Below are positions 1-12,896 of a stretch of DNA of 64,000 bases, piece after piece (position 1 is the first letter of the stretch; each line of letters starts with the position of its first letter). The stretch is taken from NCBI RefSeq assembly GCF_009914755.1, contig NC_060927.1. The stretch is one strand, 5' to 3'. Source of the stretch: the human T2T-CHM13v2.0 reference genome, Homo sapiens. Made by a program: the position numbers and the translations under genes. The notes below the pieces were generated by a model. It saw only the letters and a list, made by a program, of their open reading frames with translations, made no database searches and was not told the origin of the DNA.

Positions 1-1186
1 TTTTTGAGAAAAATTACGAGGACACAGAGAAAGCCAGAAGGGAGTCTAATTTTAGCAATTATTTTTTAAGGGGATTTTATGCTAATATGGTAGAACCTGT
101 TAGTGTTACCCAAACCAATTTTTTGGAGTTTTAGTTTTTTTTTTTTTTTACATTTGACATAAACAGTAATTTTCTCCTCATTCTGTTATAAGTATTTCAG
201 GAGACATCAAGAAAGCAGGGCAAATTTGAGGTATAGATAAAAATAAGGCAGACAAGTATTCTTTATGTAACACAGTTCCTTAGAATTATGTCACAGCTAG
301 CAAAATTTCAAGGAAAAAAATCTAATCTTCATGATTAGAGTCATGTTTTAAAAGAGTATGCAAAACAGTTACAATATAAAAACATAATTTATTTCTATGC
401 AACTCTGGAGACTTGAATTTAAATGAATATTAATTACCATAGTAACTGTAATTATTCGCCCTCAGCAAAATCAAAGGGAACAATTTCTAAAATAAAAAAG
501 TCCTATTTAAATAATGTGTGATTTATTTTAGAATATGTTTGGAATTTACTTTTAAAAGTACATTTTTAAAACTTACTGATTTCTTAAAATTTAGAAAATT
601 ATTTTTTGGCAATAACTTGAAGAGATTAGTGAAGCACAAATTGAAGACTTAAACTTGAGGTGTCTAGGCCTTTTAAAACTATTGTAAGCAACTTTTCCAT
701 TCTAAAAACATACCTTCTCTCAGGTTGATTTAGGCTTTAAACAGAAGAGTCAAGATGTTTAAGTTCCAAAAGACTCTGCTGAATCCAAAGGAATAGGAGA
801 ATTGCATGTTAACAAAACACATTATCAATAACTTAGTAACTAGACCTGCTCTACTTGATATACAGAATGCAATCACGGAAAATGAAAGATGTAGATATAT
901 TCACCCTATAATGATTCAAAAGGCAAATGAATATCTCTTAAATTTTGTGTAAGAAGCTATTATCATAATCATATTCATTTAGAACTTCTACAGTACGATG
1001 TTGATTTTACTTAGATACATTTTTAAAGACTTTTAAAAAAAATTGGAATAAAGAGGTTTCAAAGAGATTAAAGCAGTAGATGAGCCTCGAGTTCTATAAT
1101 ATTCTATTTTATTTCTTCCAAATACTACCCTACAGACATCATTAGCAAAATGTTTAAAATATTATGACAGGAAAAATCATAAAGAC

Positions 1187-1477
1187 TTTTTTTTTTTTGA
1201 GATGGGAGTCTCACTCTGTTGCCAGGCTGGAGTGCTATGGCGTGATCTCGGCTCACTGCACCCTCTGACTCCCTGGTTCAGGGGATTCTCCTACCTCAGC
1301 CTCCTGAGTAGCTGGCACACGCCACCACACCCAGCTAATTTTTGTATTTTTGTATTTTTAGTAGAGACGGAGTTTCACCATGTTGGCCAGGATGGTCTCG
1401 ATCTCCTGACCTCGTGATCCACCTGCCTCGGCCTCCTAAAGTGCTGGGATTACAGGCGTCAGCCACCGTGCCCAGCC
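1187..1477 (-). mobile_element. Alu SINE (AluSc-like), antisense
   Basis: T-tail, then gagatgggagtctcactctgttgccaggctgg ... gtgcccagcc; small internal deletion and a duplicated tttttgta. Confidence 0.95.
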
Positions 1478-2094
1478 AGGACATTTTTATAGATTACAAT
1501 TTTTTACTCATCTATTTGCGGTAAATGGACAAAAGCTCCATCTTTGTGATTTTCATGTAAACAATTCCTGACTGAATTTAAATGAAAGGTAACTTTAGGT
1601 TTGTTTCCTTGGTTAATTTTTTTCAGTTAGAACTAGTCTGTTTTGATCATCCCTAGGTTAAGGGGTTTGCTTTGGTTTTCAACAACTTTGCTTTGCAAGA
1701 TGAAAAAGAATCTTACCCTTTGGGAGGAGTAAGATTCAGCCACTCAGTGGAGTAAAACTCTTAACTGCTACAATTCGGATTAAAAATTCATATTGCACCA
1801 TCAAAATTTCTCTCTCACAACAGTTAGGGAAATATACTCACAATTAAGCAGACTATCTCTATATCAGCCTGAGAAAATTCTGTACGGTATTGTTGTTTTC
1901 GCTTATGTTGAGATACCACATAGATTTAAGGTCTTTCTAACTAAAGAAACCTACACATTGTGATTTATTGATCCTTTGTATTTCCCTCTAAATCTAGATA
2001 TTCACATTTTTTCTGATTTTTTCGTATTCTGTGCAGTTTTACTTTCTTGTATACTAATAAAAGCAATATGTTGGGTGGAACACTTTAATTAATT

Positions 2095-2160
2095 AATTAC
2101 TTCAGCAAATATTTATTCAGCATCTACTGTATATCAGGCAGCATTTGTGGTACTGACCAC
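2095..2160 (-). mobile_element. L2 3'-end fragment
   Basis: ttcagcaaatatttattcagcatctactgtatatcaggca resembles the antisense L2 terminus. Confidence 0.5.
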
Positions 2161-2684
2161 AATGCCCTAAGTCAATCCAGAAGGCAACGTTTAAAATTTT
2201 TCAGCTATGGAAGATTTAAGGTTGTAAAACCGTCTTTTAAAATTACATAATAGATTAGATCATTTCAGTAATTAACAGAAGTCCACTGTGGTCATATATA
2301 CATGTGTGGAAATGCTACCTCTGAGTAGGTTTATTGTTAATACAGTCACTAATCTTAGACTAAATTAATAGCACATCACCATGGAACACACAATTACTGT
2401 TTTTTTTTTTCTCACTTCCCTGTGAAAAGAGGGGAAAGAACAAGGATAAGCAATAATCAGACATGATAGTGAGTAAAGCCAAGAAAAAGTGTATGTTTGG
2501 AAAACCTTAAAAAAACAAAGCAATTGATTATGATTATGTACTTATGTAGAATATACAAAACCTTGGATTGTAAGTCCAGAAACTTTGGTAAGTGCTACCT
2601 CTCGCCCTTGTTTGAAAACGGCATACCCTTAAATTCCTTTATTTCATTGAACTTCTTTTCTGTTCCTATGAAATGAAAGTAAGA

Positions 2685-2918
2685 AGAGCTGCATTTACTA
2701 AGCACTTACCACATGCCAGGAACTATTCTCAGCGCTTTACACGTATTGATTCATTGAATTCTCACAACACTGCAGGAGGAGATATTACCATCCTCTTATG
2801 ACAGATGAAGAAATAGTGGTAAATAAATTAGGAACTTGTTCAAAGATATGTAGCTGATAAGGAAGGACTCTGAGATTTGAACTCAGTGTGTCTTACTCCA
2901 GGACCCATGTTCTTAAGC
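2685..2918 (-). mobile_element. MIR SINE, apparently inserted into a + strand MIR (pieces ~2560-2680 and ~2920-2990)
   Basis: catttactaagcacttaccacatgccagg...acagatgaagaaa...gatttgaactcag...cccatgttcttaa is a typical antisense MIR core. Confidence 0.75.
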
Positions 2919-3149
2919 TGTCAGCGATTTTGTGAGGATACACATAAGATAAAAATAAAATAGCTTTGAAATCTATTGTGTTACATACACTACAGTAATA
3001 CAGTATTATATTAATGTGTTAACGATTAATACTTTTTCCTTTTTTTATGTGAACCCATTTTTAAAGTAAATAGAGAATAAAGTAGCCCCCTACATCAGCT
3101 AAAACCAGGTCACATGCTCAACCCCGGCCTATTCTGCAGCCGTATTGGA

Positions 3150-3510
3150 GAGAAGCAAGGAGAGCAAGGTCCCAGTATCAATTTCCCTGGCTCACCTCCT
3201 GCGTGTTATTTCTGGCTGGTCGTGTCCCTGGGTGGCCGGTGACGGCTTCTTTCGAGGCAGCTTCTCTCTCTCACTCTTCTTTTGGTTTTTTGCCTAACTG
3301 CTTACTCCCTTCTCCTAAGTCCGAAGATGGTAACAGTTGTGTTGGGGGGTTGTTTTTATTTATTTTTTTTTTGTAGTTTTCTGTTTCTAGCTTGGAATAA
3401 GCCCTGTGGTTCCCCTACAACTTGCTCACACCTTCGTAACCTGCCCCTTTTATAAACTCTTCCTAAATTATCCCAATTTGAATATACTATTTCATATTTG
3501 TAACCCAATT
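3150..3510 (+). mobile_element. Old ERVL LTR fragment (LTR33-like)
   Basis: 3' end cacaccttcgtaacctgccccttttataaactcttcctaaattatcccaatttgaa resembles the LTR33-family terminus. Confidence 0.55.
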
Positions 3511-4524
3511 GGTATGGTATACTTCCTCTTAGGAAGCATTTTGGGGAGTTTCAGGTTATATTACCAGGTTAATACAACTAGCCAGAATATCTATATTAAA
3601 TAAAAAGAATAACAAACTATTCCAGTGAAAAGTTGGTCTCTACTTAAGACATATTGTCCTAAAAAAAGTCAATACATTTAAAATATAGAAGGCCAAAAAT
3701 TAAAAGTAATATAGTCTGTATAACCACAAGCTGACTTCTTCTATCTTCCTTCCTTATGTAACATAACACTACTTTCATGCTTCTTAAATAATTCATTTGT
3801 ACTTTCACAAGTTCAAGGTGCTGACTTCAAAGCTCAAAATTTACATGTTCTTTATTTGACAACATTACTGTATGTTGATAAACACTGAACCCATCTGGAA
3901 TATTGCAAGCCTTTCCCTAATAATATTATAAAGAATTGAATGCCAGAAACTATCTTTTGTTCTGAGACAAATGTCAGTTAATCTTAACAGGAAAACCTTT
4001 TAATTTCTATGGTCTTAGTTGTGTTTTATTATTTGAGAAAAGAAAATATGCTAGTCTACACAGACATTAAAATGAGAGACTATGTCATTTCTTTTTCTCT
4101 TAAAAGGTATTATGTGAATAATTTTGAAACATATTTAGTTATTTATAAATATGATAAAGAAGTCAACAATACTTCATCGTGTATAAATTTATGGAATTTG
4201 AAAATATAAATGCTTATGCAAAAATAAATATAGCATTTTGTTTTCATGAACCATATTGCATAACTATTGATTTTCCTTATTAAAATACAAAATAGGTCAA
4301 CCTATCTATCATAACAACCATATATATGAGTCAAAGCTAATAAAATATATTTATGGTACTTATATTTGCTACACTTATTTATCGAAGAATTTAACCTGTT
4401 TCAATGATGATATATCTTCAGAATGAATGAATTAATGAAATAACATTTAAAAGCCTTTTTGAAATTCCAAATTCACCCATTACCCTCTTTAAGAATCTCT
4501 AGACAGGCATGTAGGTAAGCATTT

Positions 4525-5350
4525 ATTACTTCATTTATCCATTTATTATTTGTACATATAGGTATTAGGTGCTTATTATATGCCACGCACAGTCCCAGGT
4601 GCTTGTGACAATGATCACCACTATGCCCAAGTGTTGGAAACATAAGATAAAAAAGTATATAATGAATAAATAAAGTATTTACTCCTTGTGATTACTATTA
4701 TAAGGAAAATAACCTGGTTGCTATGACATATAGGTTGACCTGTTTTGTATGCAAAGGTTAAAGAAAAAAGATCTGATATCTAAGTTTATTTCTGAAGAAT
4801 GAGAATAAACCGGCCATATGAACAGCATTCCAAAAACGAGAAGAAACATGTGCAATGTCCCTGAGCTGGGAAAAGAGTTTTCCATGTCTTAACAGAGTAC
4901 ACTTGTAGTCAGACTACAGTGAATGATGGAACAAAGTGTCATGATATAACAATGAAATTTTGGGCTCCTGGAGGCCAGAACATGCAAGTAATAGATTTGG
5001 ATTATATTTTAAGTTCTTTTTGGAAGACACTGAAAGTTTCAAATGGGAAGTTACATTAACTCTTTGGAGATGAGTCTAGCAGCTATATTAAGGGGTCAAG
5101 TGTGAAAGGACCAGTTACAAGTTCAGTCAAGATGGAAAGGTGGCTTGGACTGGAGTGGTGGCAGTGGACATATAGAAAAGTGGGTGGAGGCAGATGTATT
5201 TTGTTAGTAGACCTGACAGGATTTGTTGACAATGGCTTGAATATGTAGGGTTAAATAAAATGTAGGAGTCCTAGTTAATTCCAAATTTTCGACTTTAGCA
5301 ACTGGGTAAATGGTTGTTCCAGATACTGGCGTGGGGAAAGCTGTGGGAGC
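4525..5350 (-). mobile_element. L2 LINE fragment
   Basis: Antisense L2 3' end followed by typical L2 body (ggtggcttggactggagtggtggcagtgga..., ttagcaactgggtaaatggt). Confidence 0.75.
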
Positions 5351-6499
5351 CTCAGGGATGACTGGTTTGGTATGAGCTTCTTGCCTTTAACCTGAAATTG
5401 CTCTCATCTTGTTTTCCATTCCTTGCTCACGGGACTTCCCTTCTCTTATGTGATCCCTGAGTTTCACTGATTGATACAATGAAACAATTCATGGATGTAA
5501 TATAATTTATCTGGCTTCTTTATAACATTTATATACTGATAATCAATATATGTCCTTCCTATATTTTGTATGTGGTAAATAATATCTAGACTTATAGCTC
5601 CAGTTATTTACCAAATTTAGGAGTATACTACTTTTATTATCAGCCTGCTAATATATAACAGCAATCTACCAGATACAAAAAAATCAAAGTTTTCAATCTT
5701 TTATTCTTTCCATAAAGATGGTAGCTTTTAAAAAGCAGAATTCTTATATAACATTTTAGTCCCTACAGAATAAGAAAAAACTTTTTTATTGATTTGGAAT
5801 TTAAAGAAAAGCATTAATGTGATTGATCTACCTCTGCCCTACAATCTCCACCCTCTCTTCACGTTTTTAGCCATGCAGCATTTACAACTCGTATGGTAGC
5901 AAAATCAACTCAAATTGAGGTTTGGGTTTATAATTTACTACTTGTGATAACTGAATGGTTCACAAACAGAGACATTACTGCTTCCATTAATGGAGATGAT
6001 TTGATTCTTCCAAGAGTAACTCATTTTCCTGAAAATTAGCACAAGAAGAAATAATAATTGCTTCTTCATTCATTCATTCATCTAGCATATAAGCATACTT
6101 ACTATATGCCAACTGTAGAAATATAAATATAAATAAGGAAAGTCCTTGACCACAAAAAATTCTTGTATAACATGGAAAAAGTATGGCTCAACATGTTTGT
6201 GTGCTACTTTTTTCCCCACCTATAAATAGCACTACTATATTATGGAGATATCCAGCAAGTTAGCTGTGCTTTATAATATACACACCATGTCAGGTCAAAG
6301 TATATATGAGAGTGAATTTCAGGGTTCCTGTTAGACAATATTCATTAAATGTCAAATAATAACAGTATTAGATTAAAAACTATTGAATCTAAAGGAAAAG
6401 AGGAAAACATGTAGTGGCTATAATATATTTAAGGTTTTTTATTTTATTCTATTTTATTGGCTTTAACATGACATGCCCAATTTCATACAGGATGACAAA

Positions 6500-6740
6500 T
6501 GAACATTTTCTAGCACCTAATCTGTGCTAAGCTTTGTACTATGTGAATTATAAGTGTTATTTGACTTATATCTTTAAAACAATATTATAGGGCTGCAATT
6601 ATTATAATCACCATTTTTTCAAAGGAGAATCTAAAGTTCAAAGAGGTGGGAATAAGATTAAGAGTTTTTGCAGGATGATGTAGCTAATGAGAGGTAGAGC
6701 TGGGATGTGAGGCAAGAATGTCTGGCTCCAGTCTATTATC
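6500..6740 (-). mobile_element. MIR SINE
   Basis: ctagcacctaatctgtgctaagc...ccattttttcaaaggagaatctaaagttc...agagctgggatgtga...tctggctcca. Confidence 0.65.
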
Positions 6741-7070
6741 AATCTTCTGACTTATTTCTTCTCTTGAGTACTTGTTGATTTCTGGGCTCATAAGGAGTGG
6801 GAGATGAAGAGCCTGGTCCTATCTGCACTGAATTTTGCTGTAGCTAAATATGTTTAATTAGTGCAAGAAGATCCACTTTTTTTTTTTTTGAGGGATTCAT
6901 TGTTCCTAAAGCTTTTTCATTACCAATACAAAATTCAGCATGGCATTTTAGGTAATATGTTTTATGCTAAAATTACAATAGATGCAAGCTTTATGTTTTT
7001 AAATTTACTTCTTAAAGGTAAGTATATAGACAAAGATGTTGAGAAAGTCAACGCTCATTCATTGTTGGGG

Positions 7071-8128
7071 TGTTACGGGAAGTCAGGGACCCTGAACAGA
7101 GGGACTGGCTGAAGCCATGGCAGAAGAACATAAATTGTGAAGATTTCATGGACATTTATTAGTTCCCCAAATTAATACTTTTATAATTTCTTACACCTGT
7201 CTTTACTGCAATCTCTGAACATAAATTGTGAAGATTTCATGGACACTTATCACCTCCCCAATCAATACCCTTGTGATTTCCTATGCCTGCTTTACTTTAA
7301 TCTCTTAATCCCATCATCTTCATAAGCTCAGGAAGAATGTCGCCTCAGGACGCTGTGATGATTGCGTTAACTGCACAAATTGTTTAAACAATATGAAATC
7401 TGGGCACCTTGAAAAAAGAACAGGATAACAGCAATGTTCAAGGAACAAGGGAGATAACCTTAAAGTCTGGCTGCCTGTGGGCCAGGCGGAACAGAGCCAT
7501 ATTTCTCTCCTTTCAAAAGCAAATAGGAGAAATATTGCTGAATTCTTTTTCTCAGTAAGGAACAGCCCTGAGAAAGAGAATGCATGCCTAGGGGTAGGCC
7601 TCTAAAGTGGCTGCTCTGGGGACGTCTGTCTTTTACCGTCGTACATAAGGGATGAAATAAGTCCCGGTCTCCCATAGTGCTCCCAGGCTTATTAGGATGA
7701 GGAAATTCCCACCTAATAAATTTTGGTCAGAACGGTTGTCTGCTCTCAAACGCTCTCTCCTGATAAGATGTTATCAATGACAATGTGTGTCCGAAACTTC
7801 ATTAGCAATTTTAATTTTGCCCTGGTCCTGTGATCTCGCCCTGCCTTCATTTACCTTGTAATATCTTATTACCTTGTGAAGCATGTGATCTCTGTGACCC
7901 ACACCCTATTCGTACACTCCCTCCCCTTTTGAAAATCACTAATAAAAACTTGGTTTTACGGCTTGGGGGGCATCACAGAACCTGCCAACATGTGATGTCT
8001 CCCCCGGACACCCAGGTTTAAAATTTTTCTCTTTTGTACCTTTTCCCTTTATTTCTTAGACTGGCTGACACTTAGGGAAAATAGAAAAGGACCCAAGTGA
8101 AATGTTGGGGGCTGAATTTGCCTGGATA
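7071..8128 (+). mobile_element. MER11 (MER11C-like; HERV-K HML-8) solo LTR
   Basis: Starts tgttacgggaagtcagggaccc, has the internal repeat gaacataaattgtgaagatttcatggaca twice and AATAAA at 7941-7946, and ends ...ggata. Perfect 6-bp TSD TTGGGG at 7065-7070 and 8129-8134. Confidence 0.93.
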
Positions 8129-8134
8129 TTGGGG

Positions 8135-8840
8135 AGCATGTCAATTTGTACAGTCCCTTTGGTGAGCAAGTTAATACGAAGATGTGCATATCCTTCATGC
8201 CATCCATCAGTTCTACTTTCAGATTCATACTTTAAACAAATTCCCACATGTGGCTAAGGAGATGTGGACAGAAATGGTCAAGGCAGTATTGGTCTTAATA
8301 GCAATAATTTGAAAATGACCTACAAATTATTTACATTTTTTATAGGAATATGTAAACAACCTCTGTTATTGCCATGCAATAAAATATTATACAGCAGTTA
8401 AAATGAATGAACCAGATGTGCATGCATTAACACAGGTACATTTGGGAATTTAGAAGTGTAGCTTTGAAGTAAAGACATAATATACATAATATAATCCATT
8501 TTAAGTTTAAAAACACTTCAAGCAATGCTAAACTACATAATACAATATATATTATGTTATTACATATCATATATAACATGCATTGTTTAAGTGATCTATC
8601 TGTACACTGTTAGCAAACGTAGCTGGACTCCAGGTAAATGGTTAATTTGGGAATAAAAAACGAGATAATTTGATCAAGGAGGTTACAAAAGGGACTCTTT
8701 CCTGAAAAGTTTGTGTTTTAATTACACAAAATCAGATGCAAACCAAATTCTTCAAATGGTCCCACTTGTTAAAAGTAGGTGATGATGTATGGATGTCCAT
8801 TACATTATTGTGCTTTTCTGTTTGTGTATGAAATTTCATA
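8135..8840 (+). mobile_element. Ancient L1M 3' region; host of the MER11 LTR, with its left piece at ~7010-7070
   Basis: gatgttgagaaa..ctcattcattgttgggg|agcatgtcaatttgtacag.. reads continuously across the LTR as L1 ORF2 end and 3' UTR. Confidence 0.7.
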
Positions 8841-9994
8841 ATAAACAGAAGGATGGTACTTGAAATTCTTTTCTTGGCAATATTTTTGTGATTTATATTA
8901 TCAAACAAATTTGCTTCTCTATTTTTTGTTAGTAATTCCTATTTATGAATTGCAACTTTGGAATGAAAAGTATATTCACAATCCCTCCTAAAAATGTATG
9001 TTTTATATGAAGCAACTGTAATAAAATTAGGTACAAACATTTTGGATGAGATACAGTTTTCCATTTCTGTTCGTTTTGTAATTTTTAAAATTATCATGTA
9101 TATGATCTCACATTTCTGAAATTCAGCCTTACGATGGCAGCTTAGTCATGAAATCACAATCACAATAGTCTGTAAGAATAAGCTGGTGGTATTCCTCTTT
9201 TCCACTGAGTCAAGTGGTTGAAAATGTCTAAGTTTCTAGCTACTGTGATTACATTCAATTCTTTGCTAATAAGAAAAGTAAGTCACTTTAAAAGATAAGG
9301 TAAGATTAGAATATTATTCCACAGTCATTTACTTTTGAAGTCAGAAAATTGATGCAAGAATGGCTTGTTATTTGAATTCATCAGCCATAAAGTCAGTAAC
9401 TTTCAGCCTTTTAGGAAGTAGTGTCAGTAATAAGAAATACTGCTTTTGAGATATTACAGTGTGATTTGAAAGAGAGAGGTGATCATTTTTAAAGAAAATA
9501 TATGATTCTGAGCTTATCTTTTATTGCTATCTTGCTTTATATTACTAAGAATTCATACATTGTAGTAAAATTTTAAAGTCCTGAACTATCTCATTCTATT
9601 CCCTTGTGCAATATAAATTTTTTCCCTTCAAAAATTTCATTTGGTTTGATATGTAAAATTGTTGAAAAATAGTTTATATGAAGCCCTTGCTGGATATATA
9701 ATTCTTATAACAAAAGAAAGTTCTACTTTAAAAAGGTGGTCTTTTGCTTTTGATCTATGACTTTTGTTTCTCACTAGAAGCAAAACTTTTCAAAGCTTTT
9801 TCAGAAACCAAAATATGTTCTCCAATTTTATTTTTCTTAGGAAAATAACAGTTATCTGAACTCCTGTTTCTATCAGTACTTCCTATATTAGAATATAGCC
9901 TATTGTATATTTTAAGCAACTAAAGTATAAGTTAAGGCAAAGCTCCAAACTTCATATACCTCTCCACACCTATTTCTAAATTAATTTCTACTTT

Positions 9995-10265
9995 CAGCTG
10001 CCCACATCCACAGTTGCTATCCTAACTTCCCTAATCAGCCAGACTCAAAACTTTTACTCTCCTACCCTTTTGCTTCTGTCATCTTTAACACTCACACCCT
10101 TTTACCTACTAATCATGAATCAGTTGCCAAATTACCATCTTGTTTTGGTACCTCTTATGATCATTCTTCCCTAGGCCCCGGTGGACTACAGCCTTGGTTA
10201 CTGCACTAATCTTAATATTCTCCATGATGTCATTCTCTCTTCATCTTGACAAGCCACCTTACACA
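9995..10265 (+). mobile_element. L2 fragment, interrupted on the right by an L1
   Basis: Pyrimidine-rich L2-like body (aatcagttgccaaatt..., ggttactgcactaatctt). Confidence 0.45.
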
Positions 10266-10274
10266 TTAATATCC

Positions 10275-10616
10275 TTTTTTAGTTTTCATTTTAGATTCAG
10301 AGAGTACTTGTGTAGGTTTGTTATAAGGGTATATTGCATAATGCTAAGGTTTAGGGTATGATTGAACCTGTCACCCAGGCAGTCAGCGTCACCCAGGTAG
10401 TGAGCACAGTACTCAATAGGTAGTTTTTCAACCCTTGTCCTGCCGCTCGCTCATCCTTATATTAGTCCCATAGTCCCCAATGTCTATTATTCCCATCTTT
10501 ATGCCCATGTGTATCCAGTTTAGCTTCTACTTATAAAAAAGAATAAAATTATGTCCTTTACAACAACACAGATGCAGCTGGAGGCCATTATCCTAAACAG
10601 AAAACCAGATACCACA
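10275..10616 (-). mobile_element. Short 5'-truncated old primate L1 (L1PA15/16-like) with 5' inversion
   Basis: Antisense L1 3' UTR at 10275-~10535, then a sense segment aaaaagaataaaattatgtcctttacaacaac...accacat; degenerate TSD cacatta.ta... Confidence 0.85.
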
Positions 10617-11511
10617 TTACTACTTTTTTACCAAATTTTTCACTACCAGATTTAAATATTTTTCCTATCCTTTAATGATATATACAATTTCTGGTTGGGG
10701 TTTGAAGAATTTTCATGGTTTGAGTCAACACTTATTAGACCTAATGCTTTTATAGGATAAATATTTATTGAAAACCTACTATGTGTCCAGCGCATGCTAG
10801 CACTGGGTACACAAAATTAACAAGGCAAAAATGGTTCTTAGTGTGCTACGTTCTTTAGTCACTATTTTTTCCTATTTCTCCACAAATTAAAGGTTCTCTG
10901 TCATTCCCCAGCACAAAACCTGCCAGCTCATGAAGTTTAGAAAACAGAACTATGTTTTCTACATACACTGGTCATCCTATTACAAAGGGCTTTCTTTCTC
11001 TCCTTGCAAAATAAAAGGGAAGGGTGTTTTCAGAAACAGTTGTCTTAATCATGAAAAACACTCCCTCCTACTTCTGTTGTGTCTAATATTAGTCTCTTTC
11101 ACATCACTGAGAAAATACCAGGAAGAAGAATTTCATAAATTCCACAATTATTAGTGTTTTAAACTCTGTAACTAAATGGTAATTTTACCACATTCTCTTC
11201 TTACCAAGGCTAGATGGGGAAAGGGACTGAGATGGCAAAAGCTATTGAGCATTATTTATTTTCAGTTATATTGTATAAAGTGACATCTTAATTTTATTTA
11301 TTTATGCCACAGACAAATTAATCAATTTTTTTCTAACTATAAAAAGGAGACTTAAGAACATAGTTTATGAAGAAAAACGGTCAGTGCATATCCTTGGCAA
11401 TATAGCTCAGCTTAATTTTTTGAGGAAAATGTATATATCATGTAAATAAATAAAACTGTCTTGAATATTTGAATCCTTACTACAGATATAACATTAATGC
11501 TTGAAAATATT

Positions 11512-11975
11512 AATAATGGAATACTACTCAGCAACTAAAAGGAACTAATGACTAATACATGCCCCAACATGGATGAATACCAGTTTATTAGGCTGAAAGA
11601 AAAAGCCCATGAAAAAAGGACTACACACTCTATGATTCATTTATATAGAATTCTAGAAAATACAAACTAACCTATAGTGAAAGAAAGCATGTATGGGGAC
11701 AGTGGTGGAGGAGGAATGGATTACAAATGGGACAAGCCTAATATTTTGCAGGAATACAAATATCCAGTATCTTGAGTACAAGATGATTTCACAGATGAAA
11801 ACCTTTATGAAAGATCATCAAATTGTCCAACATATGCAGTTGTACCATAAAAGCCCTTACTACACCACTATGCAATCTATGCATTTAACAAAATTATACT
11901 TATATTCCATAAATTTTCACAAATAAAAATAATATATACAGTTTATCATATGTAAGTTATACTTCAATTAAATTA
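11512..11975 (+). mobile_element. L1MB/MC 3' end containing an ~80-bp younger L1 tail (~11848-11930)
   Basis: aatggaatactactcagcaactaaaaggaac...ctagaaaatacaaactaacctatagtga; the inner piece aaaagcccttactacaccactatgcaat...aaataaaaataa is an L1PB/MA terminus. Confidence 0.75.
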
Positions 11976-12896
11976 AAGGAAGAAACACTAAATTTTAATA
12001 ATTCACCCTAATAGTAGAGAGTTATCTCATGATAAATATAATTCCAATTTTCCCTGCAAACATACAATTTTGTTAAAACTAAAGTACAGAATTACTTTTA
12101 AAAGGTAAATTGACCTATATGTGGAAGTATTAAAAATGAAATAGGCAGGCTTCTGACTGTAAGATCATCTGGCTAGTAGAACTGGCTGACCACATGTTCC
12201 AGTTTCTCTTTATCTACAAATCACATACGAAAACAAAAAAAACAACATGCACAGGAATACAGTCTATTAGGCTAACAGTATGTTATCAGAATCAGAAAGA
12301 TTCTCTAAATCTCTAAGGCAGAAAGAGATGGATTGAGTAATCTTACTGTTGACTTCTTTTTCTGAAAGAGAGCTTTTGGCTTTTCCCATAGTCTAATTTT
12401 GATTCAGAAATGCAAGTTCTAAACCAGAACACTGGACAGTCACTTCTGCACTGGTGGGTGCTGCTTCAATGAGACAGCAAGATTCCTGCTCAGGTCATTA
12501 TTTTCTACATTCATTGAGGGATTTATACTCAACAGAAAATTAGAAAGTAAGAGAACAATGCTAAGAAATAATGGATTATGCTGAAGGCAAGGTGAGGGAG
12601 ACAGAAAGTAAGTAATAGTTCATGATTTCATGATGCAGATTCCACATTTTCAGACTGCCAAATACACAGGTCATGGGAATATCAGAATATTTAGTAGAAC
12701 TATATCTGATAAAAACCATCTGGAATCTGAAAATCCAGGCATATCCACCTGTATTAGCTCAGTGTCTAAGTAAATTAAACCACAACTCACATGGACGAAA
12801 GTGGAACAAATATGATTCTCCTGCACTGTGTAATGCTAAATCTTGGAGATAATCCATTAATTGGGAAGTTAACAACAACAAAGGCCATTATGTGAC

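Noticed and set aside
1202-1524. Short ORFs with Alu-type peptides (also 15274-15593 and 55211-55561)
   Set aside because: They are translations of Alu sequence, with no evidence of being exons.
7126-7245. Direct repeat gaacataaattgtgaagatttcatggaca
   Set aside because: As I recall it is part of the MER11 consensus, so it is not specific to this locus.
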